DNA of 64,000 bases from Promethearchaeota archaeon. GTDB taxonomy: Archaea > Asgardarchaeota > Lokiarchaeia > Sigyniarchaeales > SOKP01. Both the position numbers and the translations under genes were made by a program. The stretch covers positions 96,001 through 160,000 of the forward strand of contig JAHLWS010000070.1 in the NCBI GenBank assembly GCA_019057795.1. The letters run 5' to 3'. Within the stretch, counting starts at the first letter, position 1. Each line of letters opens with the position of its first letter. The notes beneath the pieces are model-generated. The model had not been told where the DNA came from. It searched no databases and saw nothing but the letters and a program-made list of their open reading frames with translations. Shown here in pieces: positions 18,943 through 29,181 of this stretch.

Positions 18943-19716
18943 TTACCAAGGAACATCTTTTAATTTTGTTAGATAAGCAATTGTGTTAGCAATTAGGCTA
19001 ACAGAAGGAGTTAATATAAGAAGGAATATAATAATATTGATGTCCGGGATAATATAAAAACCCGGAAAAAATAAAGCAGGTATTGAGGCAAAAATAATAG
19101 CCCCTACAGCAAAATCTAATTGATCTACAACCCAAAAAGGTGCGCCACTTTTTATATTAAATCTTCTCTTAAGAAAGGATCCTGCTAAGTCTCCAAATGC
19201 AGCACCGTACGAGCAAAAAATTATTCTAAAGCCCAGCATCAATATCCCTATTGGAAAAGGTCCACCTATAAAATAATATTGGTAATAGAAAATGTCAGAG
19301 TACAATTTATAAACCCCTAATGTTGCTCCCGTTATTGGGATCTGTTGTATAGCGGGCCATAGTACTATAAATAGTAAGAACAATGCGCAACTTAATGGAA
19401 TACCAATGAATAACGGTCCTTTAACAAGTCCAGAAACTGTTTTATGATCTCCTAGGATTCGTCGTCCATCACGCCAATTTTTTCCACGATCTAAAGGTTT
19501 TCCGCCGCCAACGATGACCATTCCAGCATTCGAGAAATACGCGGGAACGATAAAAAGCATACTAAATATAAGGGTCGCCACCCAATCGGACCAAGCAAAT
19601 AATACGGAAATAATTAAAAAGTTTAAAAAGAGTAAGCTCATAAAAATTACAGTTAAAATTATTGCAAATTTTATATTTCTTTTCTTGTTATCTCTCTTAT
19701 CATTATGTGTCGACAT
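18943..19716 (-). CDS. carS: CDP-archaeol synthase
   Basis: PAY.SN, P.D.G....DGRR.LGD.KT, GDL.GSF.KRR, DQLDF, C-terminal K.VPW. Confidence 0.93.
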   Translation of the reverse strand: MSTHNDKRDNKKRNIKFAIILTVIFMSLLFLNFLIISVLFAWSDWVATLIFSMLFIVPAYFSNAGMVIVGGGKPLDRGKNWRDGRRILGDHKTVSGLVKGPLFIGIPLSCALFLLFIVLWPAIQQIPITGATLGVYKLYSDIFYYQYYFIGGPFPIGILMLGFRIIFCSYGAAFGDLAGSFLKRRFNIKSGAPFWVVDQLDFAVGAIIFASIPALFFPGFYIIPDINIIIFLLILTPSVSLIANTIAYLTKLKDVPW

Positions 19717-19989
19717 TATTATTCCTACAAATAAAAAATTAGATTGAATAATTTTTAATTAAAATTAAATTTTGGTAAATATAATTGAATATACTAAACC
19801 CTTAATAATATTGCTCCTTAAATAATTATCTTTTAATATTCCGACAATAATATTATAAATTATTGCTTAGATTGTTGCAAATCGAATAAAAAGAGAAAAG
19901 TGTATTAAAGCTTTAACATTTTATCAATAATTTTTCGATTAATAATTAAGTTTAAATAGTGTGGAATCGAAATATTTTATTATGCGATA

Positions 19990-20003
19990 TTTCGAGTGGA
20001 AAC
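19990..20003 (+). promoter_or_regulatory. Mini-ORB-like Orc1/Cdc6 binding site
   Basis: TTTCGAGTGGAAAC is close to the ORB core TTCCAGTGGAAAC and lies 20 bp upstream of cdc6. Confidence 0.5.
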
Positions 20004-20023
20004 TATATACATGGTGTGATTAA

Positions 20024-21346
20024 ATGTTGACGAATCAAAACGATAATAACATTTATTCTTTTAATATTGATAAATTTTATCGAAACTACTTAAAAGGTCC
20101 AAATCTTTTTAGGAAGCGAGAGGCTCTCGAACCTTCATTCATTCCTGATGAATTACCACATCGAAACTCTGAGATTGAAAAGATTGCGGGTATAACTGCG
20201 TGTGCTTTAAAAGGGGATGTTCCACCCAATTTCTTATGTTATGGGATGACTGGAACGGGTAAAACTGCCACTGTTCGTTATGTTTCACAAAAATTAGCTC
20301 AACATTGCGCCAACAATCCTCCATGGTGGATATATATCAATTGTACTGTAGTTTCAACGCCTTATAGAATTCTAGCTCATATCTATAACACAATTGTCGG
20401 AAGAGAAAAAATCCCAGCGACAGGTTTGCCTAAAGATGTTATTCTTAAAAAATTGCTTGGTTTATTGGATCAAAAAGTTAAAAATAGCGTATGTTTTTTT
20501 GTTTTAGATGAAATAGATATCTTAATAGAGAAAAAAGGAGGAAATGAAATTCTTTATACTTTAACTAGACTTAATGAGAGCTTAGATTTATGTAGAACAA
20601 GTGTTATTGGAATCTCAAATAAACTAAAGTTTATGGAATATTTAGATTCAAGAGTTACATCGAATTTAGATCAAGAAGAACCGATTGTTTTTCACCCTTA
20701 TAATGCAAACGAATTGGCAGATATTCTAAAACAAAGAGCAAAGATTGCATTTCATGAAGGTATTATCGAAGAAGGGGTAATAAAGTTGTGTGCAGGGCTC
20801 GCTGCAAGGGAGCATGGGGATGCAAGAAAAGCACTACAATTACTAAGAAAAGCGGGAGAGGTTGCAGAAAGAAATCAAAATAAAAAGATTTTAGAAAAAC
20901 ATGTAGAAAATGCCCAAAAAGATATTGATAAGGATCACATTGTTGAATATATAATATCAATGCCACTTCAAGCTCAATTAACGTTAACAGCTATTTATTT
21001 ATTATCTAAATATACCCGAGAACACATAATAACTTCGGGAGACATTTACGAAGTTCATTCAGAACTTACAAATAAAATTCCGGGCGTGAAACAATTAACT
21101 CATAGAAGAATAAGTGATTATATTAATGAGTTAGCATTATCAGGTTTAATTACTGCCAACACGAGGTCTATGGGACATTATGGGCGTACTAAAATAATAA
21201 ATCTCGATATAGAAAGTGAGTTAGTAGAACGAGTTTTATCTCAAATTAAGAAAATACAGGATTATAAATTGTTAAATTACAAACCTATTTTACTTCAAAC
21301 TGATAAAGTCAAAGTAAAGAATATTGTTTTTAAAAAGTTAATTTAA
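20024..21346 (+). CDS. cdc6: Orc1/Cdc6 replication initiator
   Basis: LPHR, GMTGTGKT, VLDEID, GDARKAL, C-terminal winged helix G..GRT. Confidence 0.96.
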   Translation: MLTNQNDNNIYSFNIDKFYRNYLKGPNLFRKREALEPSFIPDELPHRNSEIEKIAGITACALKGDVPPNFLCYGMTGTGKTATVRYVSQKLAQHCANNPPWWIYINCTVVSTPYRILAHIYNTIVGREKIPATGLPKDVILKKLLGLLDQKVKNSVCFFVLDEIDILIEKKGGNEILYTLTRLNESLDLCRTSVIGISNKLKFMEYLDSRVTSNLDQEEPIVFHPYNANELADILKQRAKIAFHEGIIEEGVIKLCAGLAAREHGDARKALQLLRKAGEVAERNQNKKILEKHVENAQKDIDKDHIVEYIISMPLQAQLTLTAIYLLSKYTREHIITSGDIYEVHSELTNKIPGVKQLTHRRISDYINELALSGLITANTRSMGHYGRTKIINLDIESELVERVLSQIKKIQDYKLLNYKPILLQTDKVKVKNIVFKKLI

Positions 21347-22026
21347 CTTAAAAAATCCCAATTATTAATTTCATTAGTAATACTTTCAAGAAAAAATGAA
21401 GCCGATTTTTCATTTTTTTTCTTTAAAAGTAAAAATAACTTTGCTAAATGTTTACAGAATTTTTTGTTTTTAGCTCTATTAGTTTGGAAATCATGGCAAT
21501 TATGCTTAATGAATTTATCATTTATGGATATTTCAATATTATATGGAGCATCATTAGAGCCTTTAACTTCAGCTTTAATGATCTTACTCTTAGGATCGAA
21601 TTTAATTATATTAAATGCGCTATCTGATACGGTGACTGCTCTGTTTATAGTTCCTTTATCTAAAAACGCTTTTAATAGAGTATTAAACTTATTTAAATTA
21701 TTTTTATCAAAGTTATCTATTTCTTGTGTTTCCTTTTTGGAAGAACCGATTTTTTTTAAAATTTGAGCTTTTCTTTTTATGTGCCAATTCTTTAATTTTT
21801 GTTCTAAATTATGTGATAATTTAAACATATTGTTAGGGATTTCTATTAAAAGTTTGTTGTCAACAACCTTTTGTATGAATTGACTTGCGTCGTTAGGTGA
21901 AAAAAGGAATAATTCAAACGATAATTCGTATAGTAAGTCACTTAGAGATATCGATGGGAGCTCAATAATTTTCCAAATATATAAAACCATCTCAGAATTG
22001 TTATTTCTTGGGATTGCGAAGTTCAC
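21343..22026 (-). CDS. SWIM zinc-finger protein
   Basis: V.GS...PY...I.....I.HNCHDF...FCKH. Confidence 0.75.
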   Translation of the reverse strand: MNFAIPRNNNSEMVLYIWKIIELPSISLSDLLYELSFELFLFSPNDASQFIQKVVDNKLLIEIPNNMFKLSHNLEQKLKNWHIKRKAQILKKIGSSKKETQEIDNFDKNNLNKFNTLLKAFLDKGTINRAVTVSDSAFNIIKFDPKSKIIKAEVKGSNDAPYNIEISINDKFIKHNCHDFQTNRAKNKKFCKHLAKLFLLLKKKNEKSASFFLESITNEINNWDFLS

Positions 22027-22058
22027 TTAAAACTACCTATTTAATTTTTTTTTAATAA

Positions 22059-23846
22059 CTAATCAATTTTTTTAAAATCTAATGGAAAGAAGTTTAATGT
22101 GTCTAATTCAACAATGGGTACTATTCCGGGAGTAGGTGTTATTCCAAAACTTCTCATATAATCAGTTTGAGCTTGAAAGCATCCTGAATTAACCAAAGTC
22201 ACATTCCTATATTTTCCGGCCCCGTTAATATGTACATGACCTGTATGAAAAATATCAGGAATCTTATCTAATAAAAGCAGATCCTTATTAATAGGAGCCA
22301 ATTGGGTTTTTTCTCCAAAAGTTGGCGCGAGATGTCTACAAATAAGAAATTCTTTCATGGTTTCGATAGGGTTGTTGATATCTAAATCGTGGATTAACAT
22401 ATTCATGTCATGCATACTCTCCCCATGATATATAAGTGTATTAACATTATGAGTTTTTATTAAAGAGGGGTTGCCCAAGCATTTTATTCCCAAATTAATT
22501 AAATCTTCACAATATTTTTTTGGTACCGCAGGTAGAGGTAATGCATTTCTTACGGGTTCGTGATTTCCAGATACATAAAAAATTTTAATATAATCTGGAA
22601 TTTCTGAAAGTAAATCTGAAGCTTTTTTAAACTGTTTATAAATATCTGTTATAATCAAATCTTTTTGTTGGTTTGGATAAATTCCGATGCCATCAACTAA
22701 ATCACCGTTAATAACGAGGTATTTTATTTTTCCCGCAATATCTCTTAAATGTTTGTTATTACTTTTACCGTTTAAAAAATTTAGAAATTTTTTAAATAAC
22801 CCTTCTTCAAATTCTTTACTACCAATATGAGTATCCGAAATTAACGCGATAGATAAAGGATCTGGAGATGTGTTTGGTCGAAAATCAGTCGGAATATCGA
22901 TTTTTGAAATGGAATTGGCAAAAATTATCCCCTTTCTACCTTTTTCACCAGGATTAAAGGTTCCCTTGACAAACAACATCTGATCGTTGATAGTTCTTTC
23001 AATAATTTTGATGTAATCTATGTTATCAGAGTTATTTTGAATTAAAACACTAATTATACCGGTTAAATCCTCCAAAGTTAATAGATAATTTCCCTTTTTT
23101 GTTAAATGAATTTTATTTACTAAACCTATTATAGAGATTTCGGCGCTATTCGACAACCTAAAAATATTGTTAATATTAGTTGCTGAATTTACTTCTGGCC
23201 TTCTTCTAATGAGTTTTCGAAGTTGGTTAAATTTATCGAGCGTTAATTCGTAAAATTCATCGTACTTACCATTCGTGTGCATATTACCTGTTGGATCTTT
23301 TAAAATTTCGAAAATAAAATCATAATCCTTTGCTACTGGTTTAAAAATAAAAGTTGATTTGGTGGATTCGTGTGTTTTTGCTTTAATTTTCTTCTTTGTG
23401 GGTATTTTATCTAATTGAGTATATGTTTGAGTTGACTGAGTTTGACCCTCAGATTTCGAAGTTTTGATTAGAGTTTCAGAGGATATTGATGGAACTTCAT
23501 CGTTAAACAATTTAGTTACTGGTTTGCTTGATGACTTGAAAACATCTTTTGTGCCTATGGATTTCACATCCATAGAGAGCGAATTAGATCTGGAGATTAT
23601 TCGCTTTAATGCCCTTTGTATTTCTTCGTTTGATATTTCTTTTAAAACGGTTTCTGTTAAATGATTTTTAAAAGTTGGGATAAAACTAGTTTCTTTAATA
23701 ATAATATTTAAGTTTTTCATGGGATTCTCAAGATTTACTATCCAATCTAGCATTGTAGGAGTAATATTAATTCCTGAGTTTACCAATTTATCTAAGATAA
23801 CCCGTTTCTGCTCAGATATTTCGTTTTTCAAATCCTTTTCTTCCAA
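22059..23846 (-). CDS. polB: DNA polymerase D small subunit DP1 (proofreading exonuclease)
   Basis: OB fold, SDTHIGS, GDLVDGIGIYP.Q, GNHE, RHLAP, HTGHVH. Confidence 0.95.
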   Translation of the reverse strand: MEEKDLKNEISEQKRVILDKLVNSGINITPTMLDWIVNLENPMKNLNIIIKETSFIPTFKNHLTETVLKEISNEEIQRALKRIISRSNSLSMDVKSIGTKDVFKSSSKPVTKLFNDEVPSISSETLIKTSKSEGQTQSTQTYTQLDKIPTKKKIKAKTHESTKSTFIFKPVAKDYDFIFEILKDPTGNMHTNGKYDEFYELTLDKFNQLRKLIRRRPEVNSATNINNIFRLSNSAEISIIGLVNKIHLTKKGNYLLTLEDLTGIISVLIQNNSDNIDYIKIIERTINDQMLFVKGTFNPGEKGRKGIIFANSISKIDIPTDFRPNTSPDPLSIALISDTHIGSKEFEEGLFKKFLNFLNGKSNNKHLRDIAGKIKYLVINGDLVDGIGIYPNQQKDLIITDIYKQFKKASDLLSEIPDYIKIFYVSGNHEPVRNALPLPAVPKKYCEDLINLGIKCLGNPSLIKTHNVNTLIYHGESMHDMNMLIHDLDINNPIETMKEFLICRHLAPTFGEKTQLAPINKDLLLLDKIPDIFHTGHVHINGAGKYRNVTLVNSGCFQAQTDYMRSFGITPTPGIVPIVELDTLNFFPLDFKKID

Positions 23847-24107
23847 AATAGAATTATTATAATTATGATGGGATTAAGTTAAAATGTTTGTTATTAAAGA
23901 AAAAACAAAATTTTTTTTAAATCTTGGGAGGGCTGTATTAATTCTCATAATATCATTATAAATTAGAAATCTCTTCAAATTAAAATAACATAATTCAATA
24001 ATCAGCCTATTAATAAAATAGTTTATTTTGAAAGTGAATATTTAGAATAATGTATCCCATTCTTCTGCATTGAGATTACTAAAGTAATTTTAAGGTGTAT
24101 TTATTTT

Positions 24108-27100
24108 ATGGTAGAAATGAGTAAGGAAATGGAAGCGTATTTTTCACAAATACAAAATGATGTAGATAAATGTTACAAGATTGCAGATAATGCTCGTCAA
24201 AAAGGATTGGACCCTGAACTTTTCGTAGAATCGCCTCAAGCTAAAGATTTAGCGGGAAGGGTTGAGAAGCTCGTAGGGCCAGAGGGTGTTGCTGAATTAA
24301 TAAGAGATCTAAAGAATCAAGGCAAAAATGACGATGAGATAGTGTTTCAAGTAGTTTCTGATATTCTTGACCAGAAAATAGGGGCGATCATATCATTAGA
24401 GGCTAGGGTTGAGAGAGCCATTCGAGTTGGGCTTGCTATAAAAACGATGGGCGTCGTTAGTGCTCCACTTGAAGGAATATCTAAAATTTTAATTCGAGAA
24501 GATCGGCAACATAACAAATATTTGTCGTTATACTTTTCTGGTCCTATTAGAGCAGCAGGAGGAACAACAGCTGCGTTATGTGTGTTAATCGCAGATTATG
24601 TAAGAAAAAAATCAAATATTCCAAAGTATGAAGCGACTGAGGGAGAAATTGGGAGATTTGTAGAAGAAGTCAAGCTTTATGATAGAAGAGTGCATTTACA
24701 ATATCCTTCCTCAAATGATGAAATACGATTTGCTGTAGAACATTTACCAGTGGAAATTAATGGGGATCCTACGGAAGATGAAGAGGTTTCTGCTTTTCGA
24801 AAATTACCTAGAATAGAAACGAATAATATACGGGGGGGTGCTTGTTTAGTTTTAAATGACGGGATACTTCTTAAGGCACCAAAACTCTTAAAAATAGCAA
24901 AAAATATGAACTTAGAAGGTTGGGATTGGTTAGCAAAATTAAAAAAGATTTCTCAAAGGGGTGAGAAAACAGAAAATTTAGATATAAAAAATAAAGATAA
25001 AAATTTCATAATTCCACCTAATTCAAAATATGTTTCTGAAATTATCGCTGGAAGAGCTGTATTTAGTCATCCTTCTAAAATTGGGGGCCACAGAATTCGA
25101 TATGGGAGATCTCGTAATACAGGATTAGCTGCTGCTGGTTTACATCCAGCAACAATGGTGGTATTAGATAATTTTATAGCAATTGGAACACAATTGAGAA
25201 TTGAGAGACCGGGAAAAAGCGCCAGTATATGTCCTGTTAGTTCTATAGAACCACCAATCGTAAAGCTTAAAAATGGAAACGTAATAAGGATTTCAAATGT
25301 AAAAATAGCAAAAGAAGCGTTTCCAAATATTGAAAAAATCTTGTTTTTAGGTGATATTCTCTTTAGTTTTGGTGAGTTTGCCGAAAATAATCATAGGTTG
25401 GTTCCATCGGGTTATGTAGAAGAATGGTGGGCGTTAGAGTTAGAGAAAGCAATAGATGTTGAAGGAAAAATTAATTCGGATATATTTAAGTTTGTAAAAA
25501 ACCCATTTAAAAAGATTCCCTCTGCCAAGGAAGCTTTAACTCTGGCAAAAAACTATAATATACCGTTGCATCCACTTTATACCGATTTTTGGGGAAATCT
25601 CTCAATAAGTGAGTTACAAGTTCTAAGGGAAGCTTTAATTAATGGATTTGATGAAGTCAATAAAACAATCGAATTAAAAAATAATAAAGGATTGAAACAG
25701 ACATTAGAAAAAGCATTTATTCTTCATACTATTAAAGAAAGTAGCATCATTCTAAATAAGACTACAATTGAAATTTTTAAAACAATTTTCAATTTAGAAG
25801 ATAAAAAAATCGTTGATATAGGTAAAGACAAAGATGTATTCTCCTATTTCTCTAAGGTCTCTCCTATAGTTATTAGAAATAAAGCACCCTCTTTCATGGG
25901 TACTCGTATGGGTCGACCTGAAAAATCTGAAAGAAAAAGCATGAAAGGTGTCCATACTTTATTTCCTCTCAGCGATAAAGTTGGAAACACGAGGTTGGTC
26001 GAGAAAGCAATTGAATTTGAAAAAGTTAAAATTGACCTTTGTAGAAAAAAATGCCCCAATTGCGGAACAGTCACTCCCTTTAATCTTTGTCCTAAATGTA
26101 GAACACATACAGAATTTCAGAAGATATGTCTCAACTGTAATAACAAATTATACCCCAAAAATGAAGAAAAATGTTCTCAATGCGGTAGCAAATTAAGATT
26201 TTCTGCAGAAGCTGGTTTTAATATAAAAAATTATGTCCAATCTGTATTAAGCCCATTGAAAATAGCATTACCAAATAAAATTAAGGGTATTTTTGGATTA
26301 ACCAATAAATTTAAAGTTCCAGAACCCCTTGAAAAAGGAATTCTTCGAGCTAAAAATGGTTTACTTGTATATAAAACTGCAGAAATTCGCTACGATGCTA
26401 CTGATATTCCATTAACACATTTTAAGCCAAAAGAAATAAAAACATCAATTAACCGATTAAAAGAATTAGGATATAAAAAAGACTATAAAGGTAAAGATTT
26501 AATTGATAAAAATCAGATTTTAGAACTTAAAGTTCAAGATGTTGTTATCTCTGAAGATTGCGCAGAATATTTCATAAAACTTGCTAAATTTTTAGATGAC
26601 GAATTGGAATTCTTATATGATATGAACCGTTTCTTTAATGTCCTAAGGAGAGAGGATCTTATTGGGCATTCAGTAGTAGGTCTCGCCCCTCATACTAGTG
26701 CGGGAATTGTTGGTAGGATCATTGGTTTTACCGTGGCACGATCTATTTACGCCCATCCCTTTTGGCATGCAGCAAAACGACGCAACTGCGATGGTGATGA
26801 AGATGGTATTATGCTACTTTTGGATCCTTTATTAAATTTTTCGAGATATTATTTACCAAATAAAATTGGAGGTAGAATGGATGCAACTTTAGTAATTTCT
26901 TCAATTTTGGACCCAAATGAAATAGATGGTGAGGCTCATAATATTGATACTCTTTTTAAATATCCTTTAGAGTTTTATATAGCAACCCAAAAATTTGCTA
27001 TACCATCAGAAATAGAAGAAAAAATGGATTTAGTTATAGATCGCTTAGGGACTTCAAACCAATATGAAAATATTGGTTTTAACATACCAACGAAAGATAT

Positions 27101-27545
27101 TAATGAGGGTCCCACGATAACATCATACAAAACTCATAAATCGATGGAAGAAAAAATTAATGCCCAATTACACCTCGCAAAGATCATTCAAGCGGTCGAT
27201 GATAAAAAAGTCGCTGAGAAGATTTTATCTTCACATTTCAATCCAGACATATTAGGAAATTTAAGAAAATTTGCTATGCAGAGTTTTAGATGTGTAAAAT
27301 GTAACGCAAAATTTAGACGGCCACCACTTTCAAATGCAGGTAAGTGTCCAAAATGTGGAAATAAAGTGATATTGACCGTTAATCGAGGAGGTATAGAAAA
27401 ATATATCCCTAGAGCTATAAAACTTTGTAATGATTTTAATTTGGATAATTATACAATTCAACGAATGGAATTAATAGAAGAATATGTTGAAAGCCTTACC
27501 AATAATCCTAAAATTAAGCAACAACAGCTATCTAATTTCTTCTGA
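24108..27545 (+). CDS. polC: DNA polymerase D large subunit DP2
   Basis: GPIRAAGGT, RYGRSRNTG, RMGRPEK, HAAKRRNCDGDED, GGRMDA, zinc fingers; no intein. Confidence 0.98.
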   Translation: MVEMSKEMEAYFSQIQNDVDKCYKIADNARQKGLDPELFVESPQAKDLAGRVEKLVGPEGVAELIRDLKNQGKNDDEIVFQVVSDILDQKIGAIISLEARVERAIRVGLAIKTMGVVSAPLEGISKILIREDRQHNKYLSLYFSGPIRAAGGTTAALCVLIADYVRKKSNIPKYEATEGEIGRFVEEVKLYDRRVHLQYPSSNDEIRFAVEHLPVEINGDPTEDEEVSAFRKLPRIETNNIRGGACLVLNDGILLKAPKLLKIAKNMNLEGWDWLAKLKKISQRGEKTENLDIKNKDKNFIIPPNSKYVSEIIAGRAVFSHPSKIGGHRIRYGRSRNTGLAAAGLHPATMVVLDNFIAIGTQLRIERPGKSASICPVSSIEPPIVKLKNGNVIRISNVKIAKEAFPNIEKILFLGDILFSFGEFAENNHRLVPSGYVEEWWALELEKAIDVEGKINSDIFKFVKNPFKKIPSAKEALTLAKNYNIPLHPLYTDFWGNLSISELQVLREALINGFDEVNKTIELKNNKGLKQTLEKAFILHTIKESSIILNKTTIEIFKTIFNLEDKKIVDIGKDKDVFSYFSKVSPIVIRNKAPSFMGTRMGRPEKSERKSMKGVHTLFPLSDKVGNTRLVEKAIEFEKVKIDLCRKKCPNCGTVTPFNLCPKCRTHTEFQKICLNCNNKLYPKNEEKCSQCGSKLRFSAEAGFNIKNYVQSVLSPLKIALPNKIKGIFGLTNKFKVPEPLEKGILRAKNGLLVYKTAEIRYDATDIPLTHFKPKEIKTSINRLKELGYKKDYKGKDLIDKNQILELKVQDVVISEDCAEYFIKLAKFLDDELEFLYDMNRFFNVLRREDLIGHSVVGLAPHTSAGIVGRIIGFTVARSIYAHPFWHAAKRRNCDGDEDGIMLLLDPLLNFSRYYLPNKIGGRMDATLVISSILDPNEIDGEAHNIDTLFKYPLEFYIATQKFAIPSEIEEKMDLVIDRLGTSNQYENIGFNIPTKDINEGPTITSYKTHKSMEEKINAQLHLAKIIQAVDDKKVAEKILSSHFNPDILGNLRKFAMQSFRCVKCNAKFRRPPLSNAGKCPKCGNKVILTVNRGGIEKYIPRAIKLCNDFNLDNYTIQRMELIEEYVESLTNNPKIKQQQLSNFF

Positions 27546-27596
27546 ATAGAAATTCATTAGCTTTTTTTCCAATAAGAAGATTCACTTAAAATGTAA

Positions 27597-27681
27597 TGCA
27601 GGAGGAGGGATTCGAACCCTCGAACTCCTATGAGACTAGAGCCTCGGTCTAGCACCGTTGACCAGGCTTGGCAACTCCTGC
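27597..27681 (-). tRNA. tRNA-Leu(GAG), long variable arm, no encoded CCA
   Basis: Acceptor stem GCAGGAG/CTCCTGC; anticodon arm CTAGA-CCGAGGC-TCTAG; T arm GAGGG-TTCGAAT-CCCTC. Confidence 0.93.
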
Positions 27682-27949
27682 GAAGTTTTTAAATAAAATC
27701 AGATAATTTTTTACTTTAAATTTCTAGAACTTAATAGCATTAAAGAGTAGAAATATTAAAAAATTTTATTATTTACTTTCCCTATTAATTTATTTGTAAA
27801 ACTAATAGGATTCTAATCATAATAAATTAAATTAATAATTAGATGAAGAGCTTTGTTTTTAATAAAATTTTTATTTAAAAGTTTTAACTATTTTTATATA
27901 ATTTGTTTATTTAAAATTTGATTTATAAAAAAGGAGAAATTGGGAAATA

Positions 27950-28966
27950 TTGTCAGTTGATACAAAAAAGTTAGCGGCATTGCTTCAATGGTATAAACAA
28001 AGCCTTGGTAATGAATTAATCGCAGTTTTAGTGGTAAATAGAGACGGGTTGGTTATGGATTCTTTAATAGGTTCTTCAGAAAAATCGCTAGATGAAGAAA
28101 TTATTAGTGGTGTAAGCGCTTTAGTAGAACCTGTATTAACTAGAATTACCGAAGAATTCAGTTCAGGATCCTTTGGAACGGGAACCTTTGATACTGAAGA
28201 TTATAGATTCATATTTTGTGAAGCTGGACCTGAAGCAATTCTTGTTACGGTTTTGGATGCTATAGCGGGTGTAGATCCTGTTTTTCCTTACGCTTATTTA
28301 GCATCTGAAAAGATTGCCCGAATTTTCGACGGAAGAACCGTAAGTCCCGTTATTCCAAAGTTAATTTCTGAACAAGATGGAAAGCATATCCAACGAAAAG
28401 TGGATAAACTTCAAAAAATTAATATAAAATCTGGAGAATACGCTTTTAAATTAATCCTTGGTGGGGATGGCGCAGTTGGTAAAACAAGCATGGTACACAG
28501 ATATGTTGAAGATAATTTTGCCACTGATTATAAATCTACGATAGGTACTTCAATTATGAAAAAGAAATGTTCATTTGAAGGGCTTGAAAGTGCTGTGAAG
28601 TTTGTAATATGGGATTTAGCAGGGCAAGCTCAATTTAAACGAGTTAGACAATCGTATTTAGTTAATGCAGAAGCAGGAATTTTAGTTTATGATGTAACAA
28701 ATCGAATATCTTTTGAAAATGTCAACAAGAATTGGTACGGTGAAATTAAAAAAGCGTCTCCTAACATTTCGCTTATTTTGGTTGGAAATAAAATAGATTT
28801 AGAAAATGATAGAGTGGTTTCTACTGAAGAGGGGGAAACTCTAGCACAAGAATTAAAGTTATCGTATATAGAAACATCTGCTAAATCAGGAGTAAATATA
28901 AATGATGCTTTTAAAATGCTTGCTTTACAAATAATAAAAAAGTTTATAGTAATGGAGGATGTGTAA
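27950..28966 (+). CDS. Roadblock-domain + Rab-like small GTPase fusion
   Basis: N-terminal VVNRDGLV..S roadblock; GDGAVGKT, STIG, WDLAGQ, NKID, ETSAK. Confidence 0.9.
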   Translation: MSVDTKKLAALLQWYKQSLGNELIAVLVVNRDGLVMDSLIGSSEKSLDEEIISGVSALVEPVLTRITEEFSSGSFGTGTFDTEDYRFIFCEAGPEAILVTVLDAIAGVDPVFPYAYLASEKIARIFDGRTVSPVIPKLISEQDGKHIQRKVDKLQKINIKSGEYAFKLILGGDGAVGKTSMVHRYVEDNFATDYKSTIGTSIMKKKCSFEGLESAVKFVIWDLAGQAQFKRVRQSYLVNAEAGILVYDVTNRISFENVNKNWYGEIKKASPNISLILVGNKIDLENDRVVSTEEGETLAQELKLSYIETSAKSGVNINDAFKMLALQIIKKFIVMEDV

Positions 28967-28970
28967 ATAG

Positions 28971-29071
28971 AGCCTCTGGGGGGAATTGAACCCCCGATCT
29001 ACAGATTACGAATCTTTAGCATGTAATTCTAAATGGCATTAAATGTTGCTCTACCGCTAAGCCACAGAGGC
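28971..29071 (-). tRNA. tRNA-Thr(CGT) with 29-nt intron (29016-29044) at position 28/29
   Basis: Acceptor stem GCCTCTG/CAGAGGC; after intron removal ACAGA-TTCGTAA-TCTGT; central helix AGCA/TGCT with ACA and AAA bulges. Confidence 0.88.
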
Positions 29072-29181
29072 GTAAGATTTAATTTATTTAAAATTACTAT
29101 ATTGAAATTTCCTTTTAAAAAAAATTTTTTCATTTTAATAAAATTCTTCTTAAGATGAATATTTTAAAATGTGTTTTAATT

